From positions 320,646 to 384,645 of the forward strand of contig OZ244847.1 of the NCBI GenBank assembly GCA_965220765.1: a stretch of DNA of 64,000 nt, given 5' to 3'. The DNA comes from Candidatus Latescibacterota bacterium (GTDB lineage Bacteria > Latescibacterota > UBA2968). Shown here one piece after another: positions 31,001 through 37,642 of the stretch (within the stretch, counting starts at the first letter, position 1; every line of letters begins with the position of its first letter). The notes under the pieces were generated by a model. The model made no database searches and was not told where the DNA came from. It saw only the letters and a program-made list of their open reading frames with translations. The position numbers were made by a program, and so were the translations under genes.

Positions 31001-32063
31001 GCAACCCGTTTCTCTGTCGGTCGTGGATCTCATAGGCGAGGAAGAAGAATTCGCTCTGCGCCAGACGCGGCTCCTGCCCCTATCGGGAAAATCCGATGAG
31101 GCACTGCGAGATCTGACAGGACGCTATCTATCGTGGCTCGACGAGCTTGCATCCGAAGATGAGGCGACACTTGCCGACATGGCGTGGACAGCAGGTGTGG
31201 GGCGCAGCCATTTCGATCACCGCGCAGGCATCGTATTCCAGGATGTTGAATCGCTGAGAGAGAGGTTACAGACACTCGCAGAGATCGGTGAAAGACCAGA
31301 ACCGCATACGGCGACAAAGGTCGCCTTCGCGTACACCGGACAGGACAGCCAGTGGATCGGCATGGGGAAAGACCTCTACGAAAGCGAGCCGGTAGTCCGC
31401 GCAGTTCTGGACCGTTGCGACGAAGTCCTTCGGGAAGAGCGTGGCACCTCGTTGCTGGACGTGATGTTCGGTCAGACCGACGATCTATCTGATCTGCCAG
31501 CCATCTATGCACTGGAATCCGCACTTACAGCACTGTGGTCAAGCGTGGGGATTCAGCCCAGCGTGGTGGTCGGACGCGATATCGGGGAAATTGCAGCAGC
31601 GCAAGCGGCAGGCGTCTTTAGCTTAGAGGATGGCTTGCGAATCGCGCTGGAGCGGGACACAGACAGTCTGGAAGCCACCCTCGCAGACGTCACAATCGCA
31701 CCGCCATCTTTGACTCTGGTGAGCAGTGTAACAGGAGAGATCGAGAGCCTTGACGCAGCATACTGGCATCGGCAAGCGCAGGCGCCAGTGGCATTCGACA
31801 AATGCATGAAGAAGCTGGCCGATCAGGGGATTGATGTACTCATCGAGATTGGTCCAAACTCAGTGCTGGACCCGATAGAGGGCGACGCGGAACCACCCGT
31901 TGTCTTGTCGAGCCTGGGAGACGACGGGTTTGTAGAAGCAGTAGCGAAGGCGTATGAAGCGGGACTTTCTGTTTCATTTCCCGGACTATTTGAGGGAGAA
32001 ACGCGCCGCCGCATCTCCTTGCCGAGCTATCCATTCCAGCGTCAGCACTACTGGATTCAATAG
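22005..32063 (+). CDS. type I polyketide synthase: KS-AT-DH-cMT-ER-KR-ACP-KS-AT(degenerate), no ACP/TE at C-terminus
   Basis: Motifs read directly: DTACSSS, HGTGT, GHSLGE, HAFHS, HRVFGRVIAP, VIEVGAGTGS, LIHAGAGGVGLAA, YLVTGGLGGIG, LGMDSLMAVEL, ELNCASS, HGGAS, GRDIGE; RBS GGAGGTG 4 nt before ATG 22005. Confidence 0.9.
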   Translation: MKPDKSDQPIAIIGMACRFPNAPNISAFWRLLEAGQNAVTEGAPGSGVGRVGTLFPNAEVQNDACRFGAFVDDIDLFDATFFRISPVEAQLLDPQQRMMLETSWQALEDAGIDPDRLKGSRTGVYAGISNNDYRGVILGSSRTAEPSASLFSVAGTSLNTAIGRVAFALGLGGPAMAVDTACSSSLVATNQAVAELQQGKADLALAGGVQAILSGRLTELRGNAGMLSPDGQCKAFDASANGFVRGEGCGIVVLKRLSEAEADGDHIWGVIRSTAVNQDGASTGLTVPNGPAQERVIEEALSRAGILPSEVDYVEAHGTGTEVGDPIEINATAAVYGKGREEDNPILVGSVKTNIGHLEPTAGIAGLIKTVLSMKQGVIPKHLHFENPNPNMDWDRLPLRVTSEAMDWPLNAERPPIAGVNSFGWSGTNAHVIVEGYGTPKSSDEEYLPVGLARPVAISLPKSVLPSEEELGARRTRLLPLSGKSDEALRDLARQYLKRDFASEDEALLADMAWTAGVGRSHFPHRAGIVFSDGASLRESLNALAEISTRPAPQTPSKIAFVYTGQGSQWVGMGEHLYHTEPVVRTVLDQCDAVLREARGASLLDVIFGRAGDLSDQEWTQPAIFAIECALTALWKSVGITPGVVLGHSLGELAAAQAAGVFSIEEGVRFAAARGELTATLPGGGAMAAIFADVSQVESALDELNAASTGVGLSIAAYNGAHQVVSGPEEEIETISEHFLAQDIRVSRLRTTHAFHSALVEPMLDKLDAIVSEIAIAPPSLTLVSNVTGQVLETGKRQDSAYWRQHTRKPVAFAPSIETLAGLGVDLVIEVGPHAVLSTMATLSWPDTAGDPPVALPSLLRPSSKVSQAEADRAFTEAVANAYEAGLSVSFAGLFAGETRRRISLPGYPFQRERYWVETPKRRRQSTGHPLLGERHESASGEIAFETEIFPSDPTWLNDHRVFGRVIAPGAFYGAMAISASTAERSGSMVIEEMQLHNALIFPEESADNDEGRGREMQVLLEAPGEAPSRLVRIFSKGEAEEDWTLHAECRAPSDAGARQASEQVDLESLKAGLSPEDVPAFYRAKAGVGIDLGPSFRTLRMVWSRAGEALGEVCFPEALGGNDLDVHPLLLDGCFQVMGAARNPGGAEDGITYLPFGWERLWLPDRLPDRFLCHVRMREASKNREPDAETGGSPEVFVGDFLLYDQSGVLIGELSGFMVKRATRAALLSAVEGVQELLYEVMWRESALAPGLLPADFLPSPGEVADRWELFSDYLAAEGVDAGLRPAWLADLSCMARHFALSALEKLGWERKVGTAVDSEDLRQRLGVLDEHSRLFRRMLEILARAGVLEAAGEDFVVAVGAGDPLPEGIPGNPEQFAAQVSERYSYASSEIGIFRRSAGALAEVLRGEEDPLSLLFGSGEPSAADLYFKAPIYRASNRMLGDAVRTLVAGLPEGRRLRVIEVGAGTGSATESVLPELPEGRYDYMYTDISAGFFAQAEGLFGDECIEYRVLDIEKDPVEQGFDAHGYDLLIASNVLHATRYLEETLTHCRSLLAPSGHLVALENLCGQDWLDMTFGQLDGWWRFSDDCRPTYALAGPDVWRQSLGSVGFEGVEILGLGGPDAAEIPDRGVILAQLPEDVAERRGVWVLAEDRGGAAAVLAMELAARNQTVVLASDAGSTGEGPADEKTAVIHTSLEMEHRESWQSLLEGLPADAPLSGVVHLVALDGRGSDTTTAEMAEDVKRVGASALALAQGLADADVTPEKGLWFLTRGAQVLERERAGELVGATLWGFGKVLAREASHMQPKMIDLDPEPTAPPIDLANELLYPDTEDQIVHRGSRRRVARLVRTGEGTDRINLPEEPGWMLGVGEDGAIADLQVAPTPLESKEVRVAVEAAGLNFWDVFAALGLIDEKFLGTEFCGHTIEVGSEVASVAVDERVVGLAFGSFGPEVVTRAELLAPAPPDLSATALASMPTVFVSVALSYELAGLKAGDRVLIHAGAGGVGLAAIQWAQAAGAEVFATASAPKQAYLRSLGVKHVFDSRQTKFGEEILKATDGAGVDVVLNSLTAEGFIDASLACLAHGGRFVELAARDILSEEEMAAVRPDVAYYIVNLHALKGDDPARPGALLRDIMERLSAGELTPLIHTRWPLAEARRAIEFMRDGRHIGKIAFANSPLTSGRLREDRTYLVTGGLGGIGCVMADYLADRGAGAIALNGRRAPDPEAEETIRRLRERGVTVQVEIADVTDADAIDEMLARMDETLPPLGGVIHSVGVLSDGALGNQSWERFEQVLWPKVLGAWHLHRATEDRDLDMFVLFSSVAGVLGNPGQSNHAAANAFLDQLAAHRRALGLPGQTIAWGAWSELGEAEEQRERIAERLEARGTDWITPQQGLRAFDQLVREDAATSVVLAADWSSYEEGLEYRMPLLEDLLSTISEDEADSPALADDLMSRLAETPAAEREALLVSFLQQELQAVLRLPTAPEPTVGFFDLGMDSLMAVELRNRLNRAFADEYVVPNTVVFDYPDIARLANHLIEELGEVSTAPVPPPQVQPEPEPQTEVQREDNGIAIVGMACRFPGAPDLSAFWQQLEAGADAVTNGRRDSGSWNALAKDLPPEYAAYRRGGFVEGIDQFDARFFRIAPIEARMMDPRQRMMLETTYQALEDAGIDPDKLRGSRTGLYAGIATSEYRDLMTASDHGISYLSTAASMTVGRIAFLLGLEGPTIPVELNCASSLVAVHQAVMGLREGEVDMALVGGTHAVLSPELTKEMAELGILSREGQCKTFDASADGFVRGEGCGMIVLKRLSEAEADGDRIWGVIRGSAVNQNGASAGPTVPNGPAQERVIEEALSRAGVAPSEVDYLEAHGGASELGDPIEVQAAATVYGKGREADRPLLIGSVKTNIGHLEPAAGVAALIKAVLAMKRGVIPKNLHFENPSPHIDWDRLPVRVTSELTDWPRHPDRPPRAGVSAFGISGTNAHAVVEGYDSPDATPVGSAQPVSLSVVDLIGEEEEFALRQTRLLPLSGKSDEALRDLTGRYLSWLDELASEDEATLADMAWTAGVGRSHFDHRAGIVFQDVESLRERLQTLAEIGERPEPHTATKVAFAYTGQDSQWIGMGKDLYESEPVVRAVLDRCDEVLREERGTSLLDVMFGQTDDLSDLPAIYALESALTALWSSVGIQPSVVVGRDIGEIAAAQAAGVFSLEDGLRIALERDTDSLEATLADVTIAPPSLTLVSSVTGEIESLDAAYWHRQAQAPVAFDKCMKKLADQGIDVLIEIGPNSVLDPIEGDAEPPVVLSSLGDDGFVEAVAKAYEAGLSVSFPGLFEGETRRRISLPSYPFQRQHYWIQ
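22026..23315 (+). other. PKS domain KS1 (active-site Cys codon 22548-22550)
   Basis: GMACRF..DTACSSS..EAHGTGT..NIGHLE..GTNAHVIVEGY. Confidence 0.8.
23678..24545 (+). other. PKS domain AT1 (active)
   Basis: YTGQGSQW, GHSLGE (Ser codon 23949-23951), THAFHS. Confidence 0.75.
24790..25660 (+). other. PKS domain DH
   Basis: HPLLGER...LNDHRVFGRVIAPGAFY (HxxxGxxxxP). Confidence 0.65.
26190..26880 (+). other. PKS domain C-methyltransferase
   Basis: SAM motif I VIEVGAGTGS at 26385-26414; ...LLIASNVLHAT. Confidence 0.65.
27500..28535 (+). other. PKS domain ER
   Basis: LIHAGAGGVGLAAIQWAQAAGAEVFATAS NADPH motif. Confidence 0.7.
28560..29100 (+). other. PKS domain KR
   Basis: YLVTGGLGGIG Rossmann motif; ...NHAAANAFLD. 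Confidence 0.7.
29380..29600 (+). other. PKS domain ACP (in cis)
   Basis: LGMDSLMAVELRNRL (Ser codon 29496-29498). Confidence 0.7.
29710..30970 (+). other. PKS domain KS2 (Cys codon 30201-30203)
   Basis: GMACRF..ELNCASS..EAHGGAS..NIGHLE..GTNAHAVVEGY. Confidence 0.75.
31318..32060 (+). other. degenerate, truncated AT2 (Ser to Asp at 31578-31580; about 110 aa shorter, HAFH region missing)
   Basis: YTGQDSQW, GRDIGE in place of GHSLGE; no HAFH motif; ends YPFQRQHYW. Confidence 0.7.
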
Positions 32064-32154
32064 CCAAAACGACCACAAAAATAATTTGACTTTACGCCTG
32101 CCGATCACTATCTTTTCGGCTCAAACCATCTACCCTTACGAAAGGAGCTTAACA

Positions 32155-32394
32155 ATGGCTTCAACTGCAGAACGTATCAGAAACCTCATCGCGGAAAATC
32201 TGGAAGTTGATGGGCAGCCAATTTCGTTGCCCGATGACCTGAGCATCAGCCTCTTGGAGGCCGGAATTTCCTCCGTAGATCTCGTCGCGTTCGCGAAAAT
32301 AGTCGAACAAGAATTTGACGTTAAATTGACTCTTGAAGATTGTGCTAATCTCAACAGCGTACAGGAACTGGTCGCGCGGCTGGACGCAGCCTGA
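32155..32394 (+). CDS. discrete acyl carrier protein (79 aa)
   Basis: MASTAERIRNLIAENLEV...LLEAGISSVDLVAFAKIVEQEF (four-helix ACP pattern with Ser in GISSVD); RBS AAAGGAG 7 nt before ATG 32155. Confidence 0.7.
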   Translation: MASTAERIRNLIAENLEVDGQPISLPDDLSISLLEAGISSVDLVAFAKIVEQEFDVKLTLEDCANLNSVQELVARLDAA

Positions 32395-32436
32395 GACTGA
32401 AATCCTCTCCAGCCGGAGAACGTACGCTTCTTATAG

Positions 32437-32473
32437 AACAGGCCCCGGATGGAAATTCGGGGCCTGTTGGTTT
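32437..32473 (+). terminator. terminator-like hairpin after the ACP gene
   Basis: AACAGGCCCCG-GATGGAAATT-CGGGGCCTGTT followed by GGTTTA. Confidence 0.45.
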
Positions 32474-32521
32474 ATGGGAATTCGATGAAGGTTCCGCTTA
32501 TTTAACCTTTCACACTTCACA

Positions 32522-34264
32522 ATGAATACCAATAATCCCAGCGGTGACACAGGTATCCGCTACCAGCCCGACGAAAGGCCTCCGGCGACACTCGCCCTCG
32601 GCCTTGGCTTGCAACTCGCCGTTCTCAGCATAGCCGCCATCATATTGGTCCCGACAGTCGTGATGCGCGCCGCAGGTACGACTGAAGCCTATCTGTCATG
32701 GGCCGTGTCTGCCACGGTCGTAGTTGGCGGGGTGGCCACAATTCTGCAATCAATCCGCATCGGTCGAATCGGCATGGGTTACCTGCTCATTATGGGTCCA
32801 TCCGGAGCCTTCATCGCGGTCTGCATCACGGCCATTACCGAAGGCGGTCCGGCGATGCTCGCCACCCTGGTCGTCATCTCATCCTTCGTCCCGCTTGTAC
32901 TTTCCCATCGGCTTTCGCTGTTTCAGCGACTCTTGACGCCGACCGTCGCGGGAACAGTAATCATGCTGATACCCATTACGATAATGCCGCCCATTTTCAA
33001 TCTGCTATCGGCGCCCGGCGCACCAGCGTTCGCTGCGCCGCTGAGTGCGCTTGCAACAATCATCATTATCAGCGGCATCGCGCTAAAGGCGACTGGGGTG
33101 TTACGCCTCTGGGCACCGGTTATCGGCGTTGTCGTCGGCTCGATAATTGGCGGCTTCTTCGGCCTATACGAAGTGGACCGCATTGCCGAGGCTTCGTGGA
33201 TCGGCCTGCCGCCGAACGAATGGCCGGGCTTTGATCTCGATTTTGGACCAACTTTCTGGGCACTTCTTCCCGCATTCTTGCTCGTAGCCATAATCAGTAC
33301 CATCCGAACGATCAGCAGCTCCGTCGCCATCCAGCGCATATCGTGGCGTCAGAGCCGAGCAGTGGATTTCCAAGCGGTGGGTGGTGCGATAACCGTAGAT
33401 GGGATAAGCAACTTGATTTCCGGTCTCGCAGGAACAATACCCAACACAGCCAACACGCTGGGCGTGTCGATGGCCGAACTCACCGGGGTTGGTGCCCGCA
33501 GCGTCGGGGTTGCCACCGGAGCAGTGTTCATTGCTATGGCATTTCTTCCGAAAGTACTCGCTCTGATCCTCGCGATACCAGGTCCCGTCATCGCAGCTTA
33601 TCTCACCGTACTCCTGGCGGCACTCCTCGTAGTCGGAATAAAGATACTCACTCAGGATGGAATTGACTATCGCAACGGCATGATCGTCGGCATCGCGTTC
33701 TTTGTAGGGATTGGTTTTCAGAGCGGCCTGATATTTCCCGAATATATCTCGGAATTTGCAGGCGGTCTTTTAGAGAATGGAATGAGCGCGGGTGGTTTCA
33801 CTGCCATTCTCATGACGCTGTTTGTGGAACTAACAGAACCTCGCCGCAGCCGGATAGAGATGACATTCGATTTTTCCGCCCTGCCAAAAATCAGGGACTT
33901 TCTCAGCGCATTTGCATCCCGCAATAGTTGGGACGCCGCAATGGCGAACCGTCTGGACGCCGCTGCTGAGGAAACATTGCTAACACTCATACCAGATGAA
34001 GAAGAACACGACCGCCGGCACTTGCGCCTGATTGCGTACAAAGAAGAAGGCGACGCGGTTCTCGAGTTCGTTGTCTCGTCGGGAGAAGATAACCTTCAGG
34101 ATCGGATCGCGCTGCTCAGCGAACAGACGGACGAAACCCCTGTGGAGCGAGAAGTTTCTCTTCGGCTGTTGCGACATCTCGCATCATCTGTTCGCCACCA
34201 GCAATACCACGAAACAGATATCGTAACCGTGCGTGTGAAAGCCCACCATCACGCACCGCCATAA
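32522..34264 (+). CDS. APC-superfamily permease (NCS2/SulP-like) with about 140-aa C-terminal cytoplasmic domain
   Basis: About 12 hydrophobic segments with Gly-rich helices typical of NCS2/SulP 7+7 transporters; charged soluble C-terminal tail. Confidence 0.5.
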   Translation: MNTNNPSGDTGIRYQPDERPPATLALGLGLQLAVLSIAAIILVPTVVMRAAGTTEAYLSWAVSATVVVGGVATILQSIRIGRIGMGYLLIMGPSGAFIAVCITAITEGGPAMLATLVVISSFVPLVLSHRLSLFQRLLTPTVAGTVIMLIPITIMPPIFNLLSAPGAPAFAAPLSALATIIIISGIALKATGVLRLWAPVIGVVVGSIIGGFFGLYEVDRIAEASWIGLPPNEWPGFDLDFGPTFWALLPAFLLVAIISTIRTISSSVAIQRISWRQSRAVDFQAVGGAITVDGISNLISGLAGTIPNTANTLGVSMAELTGVGARSVGVATGAVFIAMAFLPKVLALILAIPGPVIAAYLTVLLAALLVVGIKILTQDGIDYRNGMIVGIAFFVGIGFQSGLIFPEYISEFAGGLLENGMSAGGFTAILMTLFVELTEPRRSRIEMTFDFSALPKIRDFLSAFASRNSWDAAMANRLDAAAEETLLTLIPDEEEHDRRHLRLIAYKEEGDAVLEFVVSSGEDNLQDRIALLSEQTDETPVEREVSLRLLRHLASSVRHQQYHETDIVTVRVKAHHHAPP

Positions 34265-35706
34265 GCCCTCGCAAAGTAGGTCTGAAACCCCTCTGGCCCG
34301 GGCCAGCCATCGAAAAGGTGACAGTTCTCGGGCACCTCGCCTTCTGCGCCGTTTTTGAGCCAGTCGATCAGAATGGGATCAGCACCCCGGCGCTCGAGTT
34401 CAGAAAGACCCGCGGCATGCAGGTTCTGGACGCGGGCGGGATATTCCGACGCCGTATTGTCCAGCGACCCATAAGGCGTGAGCATGCAGTCTGCTGCTTC
34501 GGGTTGCCATTCCAGATACCCCTCCTGATCGAACACAGTGAAAAAACCGCGCTGTTTTGCCCATCCTCGGGCAGTGCCCGCAAGCGCGAGTTGTCGCATC
34601 CCTGAACTGCTTTCCCGCGCGGCGGTGAGAATATCCTGGCTGTCTATATTTCCCGGAATGGGCGCACCAGCCAGATTGGCGACAGTAGCGTAAAAATCCT
34701 GGGGTTGGAAGATGGCAGAACTGCGCCCCGCGTCACCCTCGGGCGTTTTAATAATAAGCGGAATGTGAATCTCCTGCTCATACACAGGCGCGTACTTGCC
34801 AAAGCGCCCGCGCTCGCCTACATTGGTCCCGTGATCCCCGGCAATAATAATCGCGGTATTTTTGCTCAGGCCCGTGGCGTCGAAGGCTTCGAGAAACCGC
34901 CCAAAGCAGTGATCCATCCATGTGACCTTGGCGGCATAACTCGCTTTGAGGCGTGTTTTGGCTTCATCGGGTAAATTGGGATTGTTGCGTCCCCCGCCCT
35001 GAAAAGCGCGGGGATCAAGCCGCCCATCGTAACCGGGAGTTTTGTCGTATTTCAGCATAAAAGCCGGCGGCACATCCCACGGTTCGTGGGGATCGAAACA
35101 ATCAATCCACAGAAAGAAATTTTCCCGCCGCGCATTATCCCGCAAGAATTGAGCTGCGGTATTGAACAACTTCGCGCAATTCCAGTCGTCTAAATTTGTG
35201 CGCCCCCGGTTAGTACGGGCATACGTGTAATTGTGTTTTGTCAGATCTGCGTCCTCTCCCAGAACATCGAATACGGGATCTTTGCACCAGTTGGTCGGCC
35301 ACTGCGCTTCGTCGTCCATCCAGGCCCGGTCAACTTCTGCACCGCGAATAAATGTCCATGTGTGGAACGGATAATCAAATGCGTGCCCACCGTTGACGAG
35401 ATGAGGCGTATCGTGAATGAGTTGTGTCGCGTATCCCGTTTCGCCCAGCACAGAGGGAAGAGAGCGCGTGTCAAAAGGCAGGGGTTTCCAGGTGTGGAAC
35501 GGACTGCCGTATTTTCCAGTCATAACATCCGTGCGATAGGGAATGGTCGGAAAGCTGGCGGCAAAAGCGCGGTCAAAACACCACGACTGCGCGGATAGAC
35601 GGTCGAGATTGGGCGTTTCGATCCAGTCATTTCCGTTCGCACCAATATAGTCATAGCGCATTGTATCAATAATAATGAGGACAATATTCATGGAATCTCC
35701 CTTCAC
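34249..35706 (-). CDS. sulfatase-family (alkaline-phosphatase superfamily) protein lacking the formylglycine Cys/Ser (TxPxR instead of C/SxPxR)
   Basis: IIIDTMRYD...AFAASFPTIPYRTDVMTG aligns to the sulfatase signature region with Thr at the FGly position. Confidence 0.55.
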   Translation of the reverse strand: MKGDSMNIVLIIIDTMRYDYIGANGNDWIETPNLDRLSAQSWCFDRAFAASFPTIPYRTDVMTGKYGSPFHTWKPLPFDTRSLPSVLGETGYATQLIHDTPHLVNGGHAFDYPFHTWTFIRGAEVDRAWMDDEAQWPTNWCKDPVFDVLGEDADLTKHNYTYARTNRGRTNLDDWNCAKLFNTAAQFLRDNARRENFFLWIDCFDPHEPWDVPPAFMLKYDKTPGYDGRLDPRAFQGGGRNNPNLPDEAKTRLKASYAAKVTWMDHCFGRFLEAFDATGLSKNTAIIIAGDHGTNVGERGRFGKYAPVYEQEIHIPLIIKTPEGDAGRSSAIFQPQDFYATVANLAGAPIPGNIDSQDILTAARESSSGMRQLALAGTARGWAKQRGFFTVFDQEGYLEWQPEAADCMLTPYGSLDNTASEYPARVQNLHAAGLSELERRGADPILIDWLKNGAEGEVPENCHLFDGWPGPEGFQTYFARAYGGA

Positions 35707-36479
35707 ACTTCCTGAATCACCGGTGGTCGTCTTCCCGCAGATGGTGGCGTTAAGATACGCCGCTGTTGATCTGATGGATTGGTATAGTCATCCGCATTGT
35801 AAAAATTATTGGAATACGCCAGATGGCCCGGGGCGTATTTGTACAGAAAAGCTCGGCGTTCATGGCTTGCTCGCCACGGCATCGTGCCGTGCATCAGCGC
35901 CTCTGTAAAAATCAGCGCATCGCCTGCTTCTACTTCGGGTTGAACCATATAGTCGGGAACGCGTTCAAAACCTCGTACTTCGGGTGGCACATTTTGTCCA
36001 AAATTGGTCTTATGGCTTCCGGGAATACAGGTAAAGCCACCATCTCCCGCCTTTGCATCTGCCAAAAAGAACGTCACCACACTCAACCCATTCAACATCT
36101 CACCTTCCAGATACAGGTACTTGCGTTGGCTGCCCGTATGCCCGCCGGGCGCACCGTGCAGGCGGCCACAAGCAGCCCCCGGCCTCATAAAGATGCAATA
36201 ATCGTGATCGAGGCGAAAACCTGGACCGAGCAATTCAATTAAATACGGTAAAATGCGCGGATGATCGATCAGAGCCTGTGTCTCTGGCGACCACGCAGAC
36301 ACGCGCCCCACTTGTCGGCGCCCTGCTCGCCCCTTTGAGTCCTTGCCCGGATCGTCGTAATCCCGCACAAATGTCGCATCAGCGACCTCATTGAGCCGTT
36401 TGACTTCCTCAGGCGTCAACACATTTTTAATGATCAAATACCCATCGAGGTCAAACATAAACCGTTCTTCTGGTGTCAT
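35703..36479 (-). CDS. PhyH-family Fe/2-oxoglutarate dioxygenase
   Basis: MTPEERFMFDLDGYLIIKNVLTPEEV... PhyH-like N-terminus; HxD..H pattern; 4-nt overlap with the downstream gene. Confidence 0.6.
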   Translation of the reverse strand: MTPEERFMFDLDGYLIIKNVLTPEEVKRLNEVADATFVRDYDDPGKDSKGRAGRRQVGRVSAWSPETQALIDHPRILPYLIELLGPGFRLDHDYCIFMRPGAACGRLHGAPGGHTGSQRKYLYLEGEMLNGLSVVTFFLADAKAGDGGFTCIPGSHKTNFGQNVPPEVRGFERVPDYMVQPEVEAGDALIFTEALMHGTMPWRASHERRAFLYKYAPGHLAYSNNFYNADDYTNPSDQQRRILTPPSAGRRPPVIQEV

Positions 36480-36493
36480 TTCGCCCTCCTCTT

Positions 36494-37639
36494 TTAAATA
36501 TAATTCGTCGAACCATCGGGCGCTTTGGTACTCCCCCGTTCCCAGTGGACGTATTCACCCGCTTTGATGACCTCTTCATTCACTTCCACACCCAAACCGG
36601 GACGATCTGGCCTCAATTCCAGATATCCATCCACGGGCCAATAGGGTTCGTCCAACCAATTCAGCGCGTTGCTCTCATCGGGCAAGTGATATTCCAGAAT
36701 TTTGAAATTGGGTGTGGCGGCGGCAAAATGGACATTGACCGCTGTAGCCAATGGTCCCATCGGATTGTGCGGTGCCACCGTCACATAATACGCCTGTGCA
36801 ATCGCGGCGATCTTCCGCATCTCCAATAACCCACCGCATATACAAACATCTGGCTGAATAATATCTGCGCCGTCTTTCGATAACAAATCCAAAAATTCAA
36901 ACTTTGTGTACAGAGATTCACCTGTTGCCAGCGGAACCTGCATTTGTGAACGCAACCGCGCCCACGCATCGCTATTCTCGGGCCTTAAAGGTTCTTCATA
37001 AAAGAGCGGATCGTAAGGGGCAAGGGCGTTAGCCAGTTGCAATGCGCGAATTGGCTCAAAAATTTTGGCGTGAGGGTCAAATGCAAATTCCCAATTGTCA
37101 TCCGAATGCTTTCGCAATGCCTCAAAATAATCGGCGGCAGCCGCACATACTCGCCCCCATCGATCTGCACTGGGATCCAGGCGAAACGGACTGGTCTTAA
37201 ATGCCGTAATACCGTGCTCTTCATTGAGCTTGCGCGCAACCCTTGCTGCTTCCCTGCCGTCTTTTCCACCGACACTCCGATAAACCTGAATGCGATCGCG
37301 CACAGCACCACCCAATAGCATATAAACCGGCAATCCAGCAGCCTTACCACTGATATCCCACAGCGCGTGATCCAGGCCCGACATAGCGGAAAGACCTATT
37401 GCGCCTGGTGGAAATCTGAACTGCTGAAACAGCTTGAGCATGATGTATTCAATCCGCCGCGGATCTTCGCCTTTAACCAGCTCAAAAATATAATCCATCG
37501 TTGGACCAATTGCCAGATCGGGCCCGGGGCTATAACACTCTCCCCATCCGTAAATGCCTTCATCGGTTTCGACCTTTACCAGCGCCCGAGACCGCTGTCC
37601 CATGCTCGCCATAAACGTCTTGATAGCTGTGATTTTCAT
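36494..37639 (-). CDS. enolase-superfamily dehydratase (mandelate racemase/muconate lactonizing enzyme family; sugar-acid dehydratase-like)
   Basis: MKITAIKTF...KVETDEGIYGWGE typical MR/MLE N-terminus and metal-ligand pattern. Confidence 0.7.
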   Translation of the reverse strand: MKITAIKTFMASMGQRSRALVKVETDEGIYGWGECYSPGPDLAIGPTMDYIFELVKGEDPRRIEYIMLKLFQQFRFPPGAIGLSAMSGLDHALWDISGKAAGLPVYMLLGGAVRDRIQVYRSVGGKDGREAARVARKLNEEHGITAFKTSPFRLDPSADRWGRVCAAAADYFEALRKHSDDNWEFAFDPHAKIFEPIRALQLANALAPYDPLFYEEPLRPENSDAWARLRSQMQVPLATGESLYTKFEFLDLLSKDGADIIQPDVCICGGLLEMRKIAAIAQAYYVTVAPHNPMGPLATAVNVHFAAATPNFKILEYHLPDESNALNWLDEPYWPVDGYLELRPDRPGLGVEVNEEVIKAGEYVHWERGSTKAPDGSTNYI

Positions 37640-37642
37640 TTT

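Noticed and set aside
22020-31807. Dozens of 60-200-aa ORFs on both strands inside the PKS gene (e.g. 23576..24160 -, 24717..25388 -, 25346..25999 +)
   Set aside because: They are antisense or out of frame within a continuous 3,352-aa ORF that has conserved PKS motifs. Long spurious ORFs are expected at 63-70% GC.
32698-33234. 178-aa plus-strand ORF inside the permease gene
   Set aside because: It is an alternative frame of a clearly membrane-protein-coding region, with Arg/His-rich nonsense translation.
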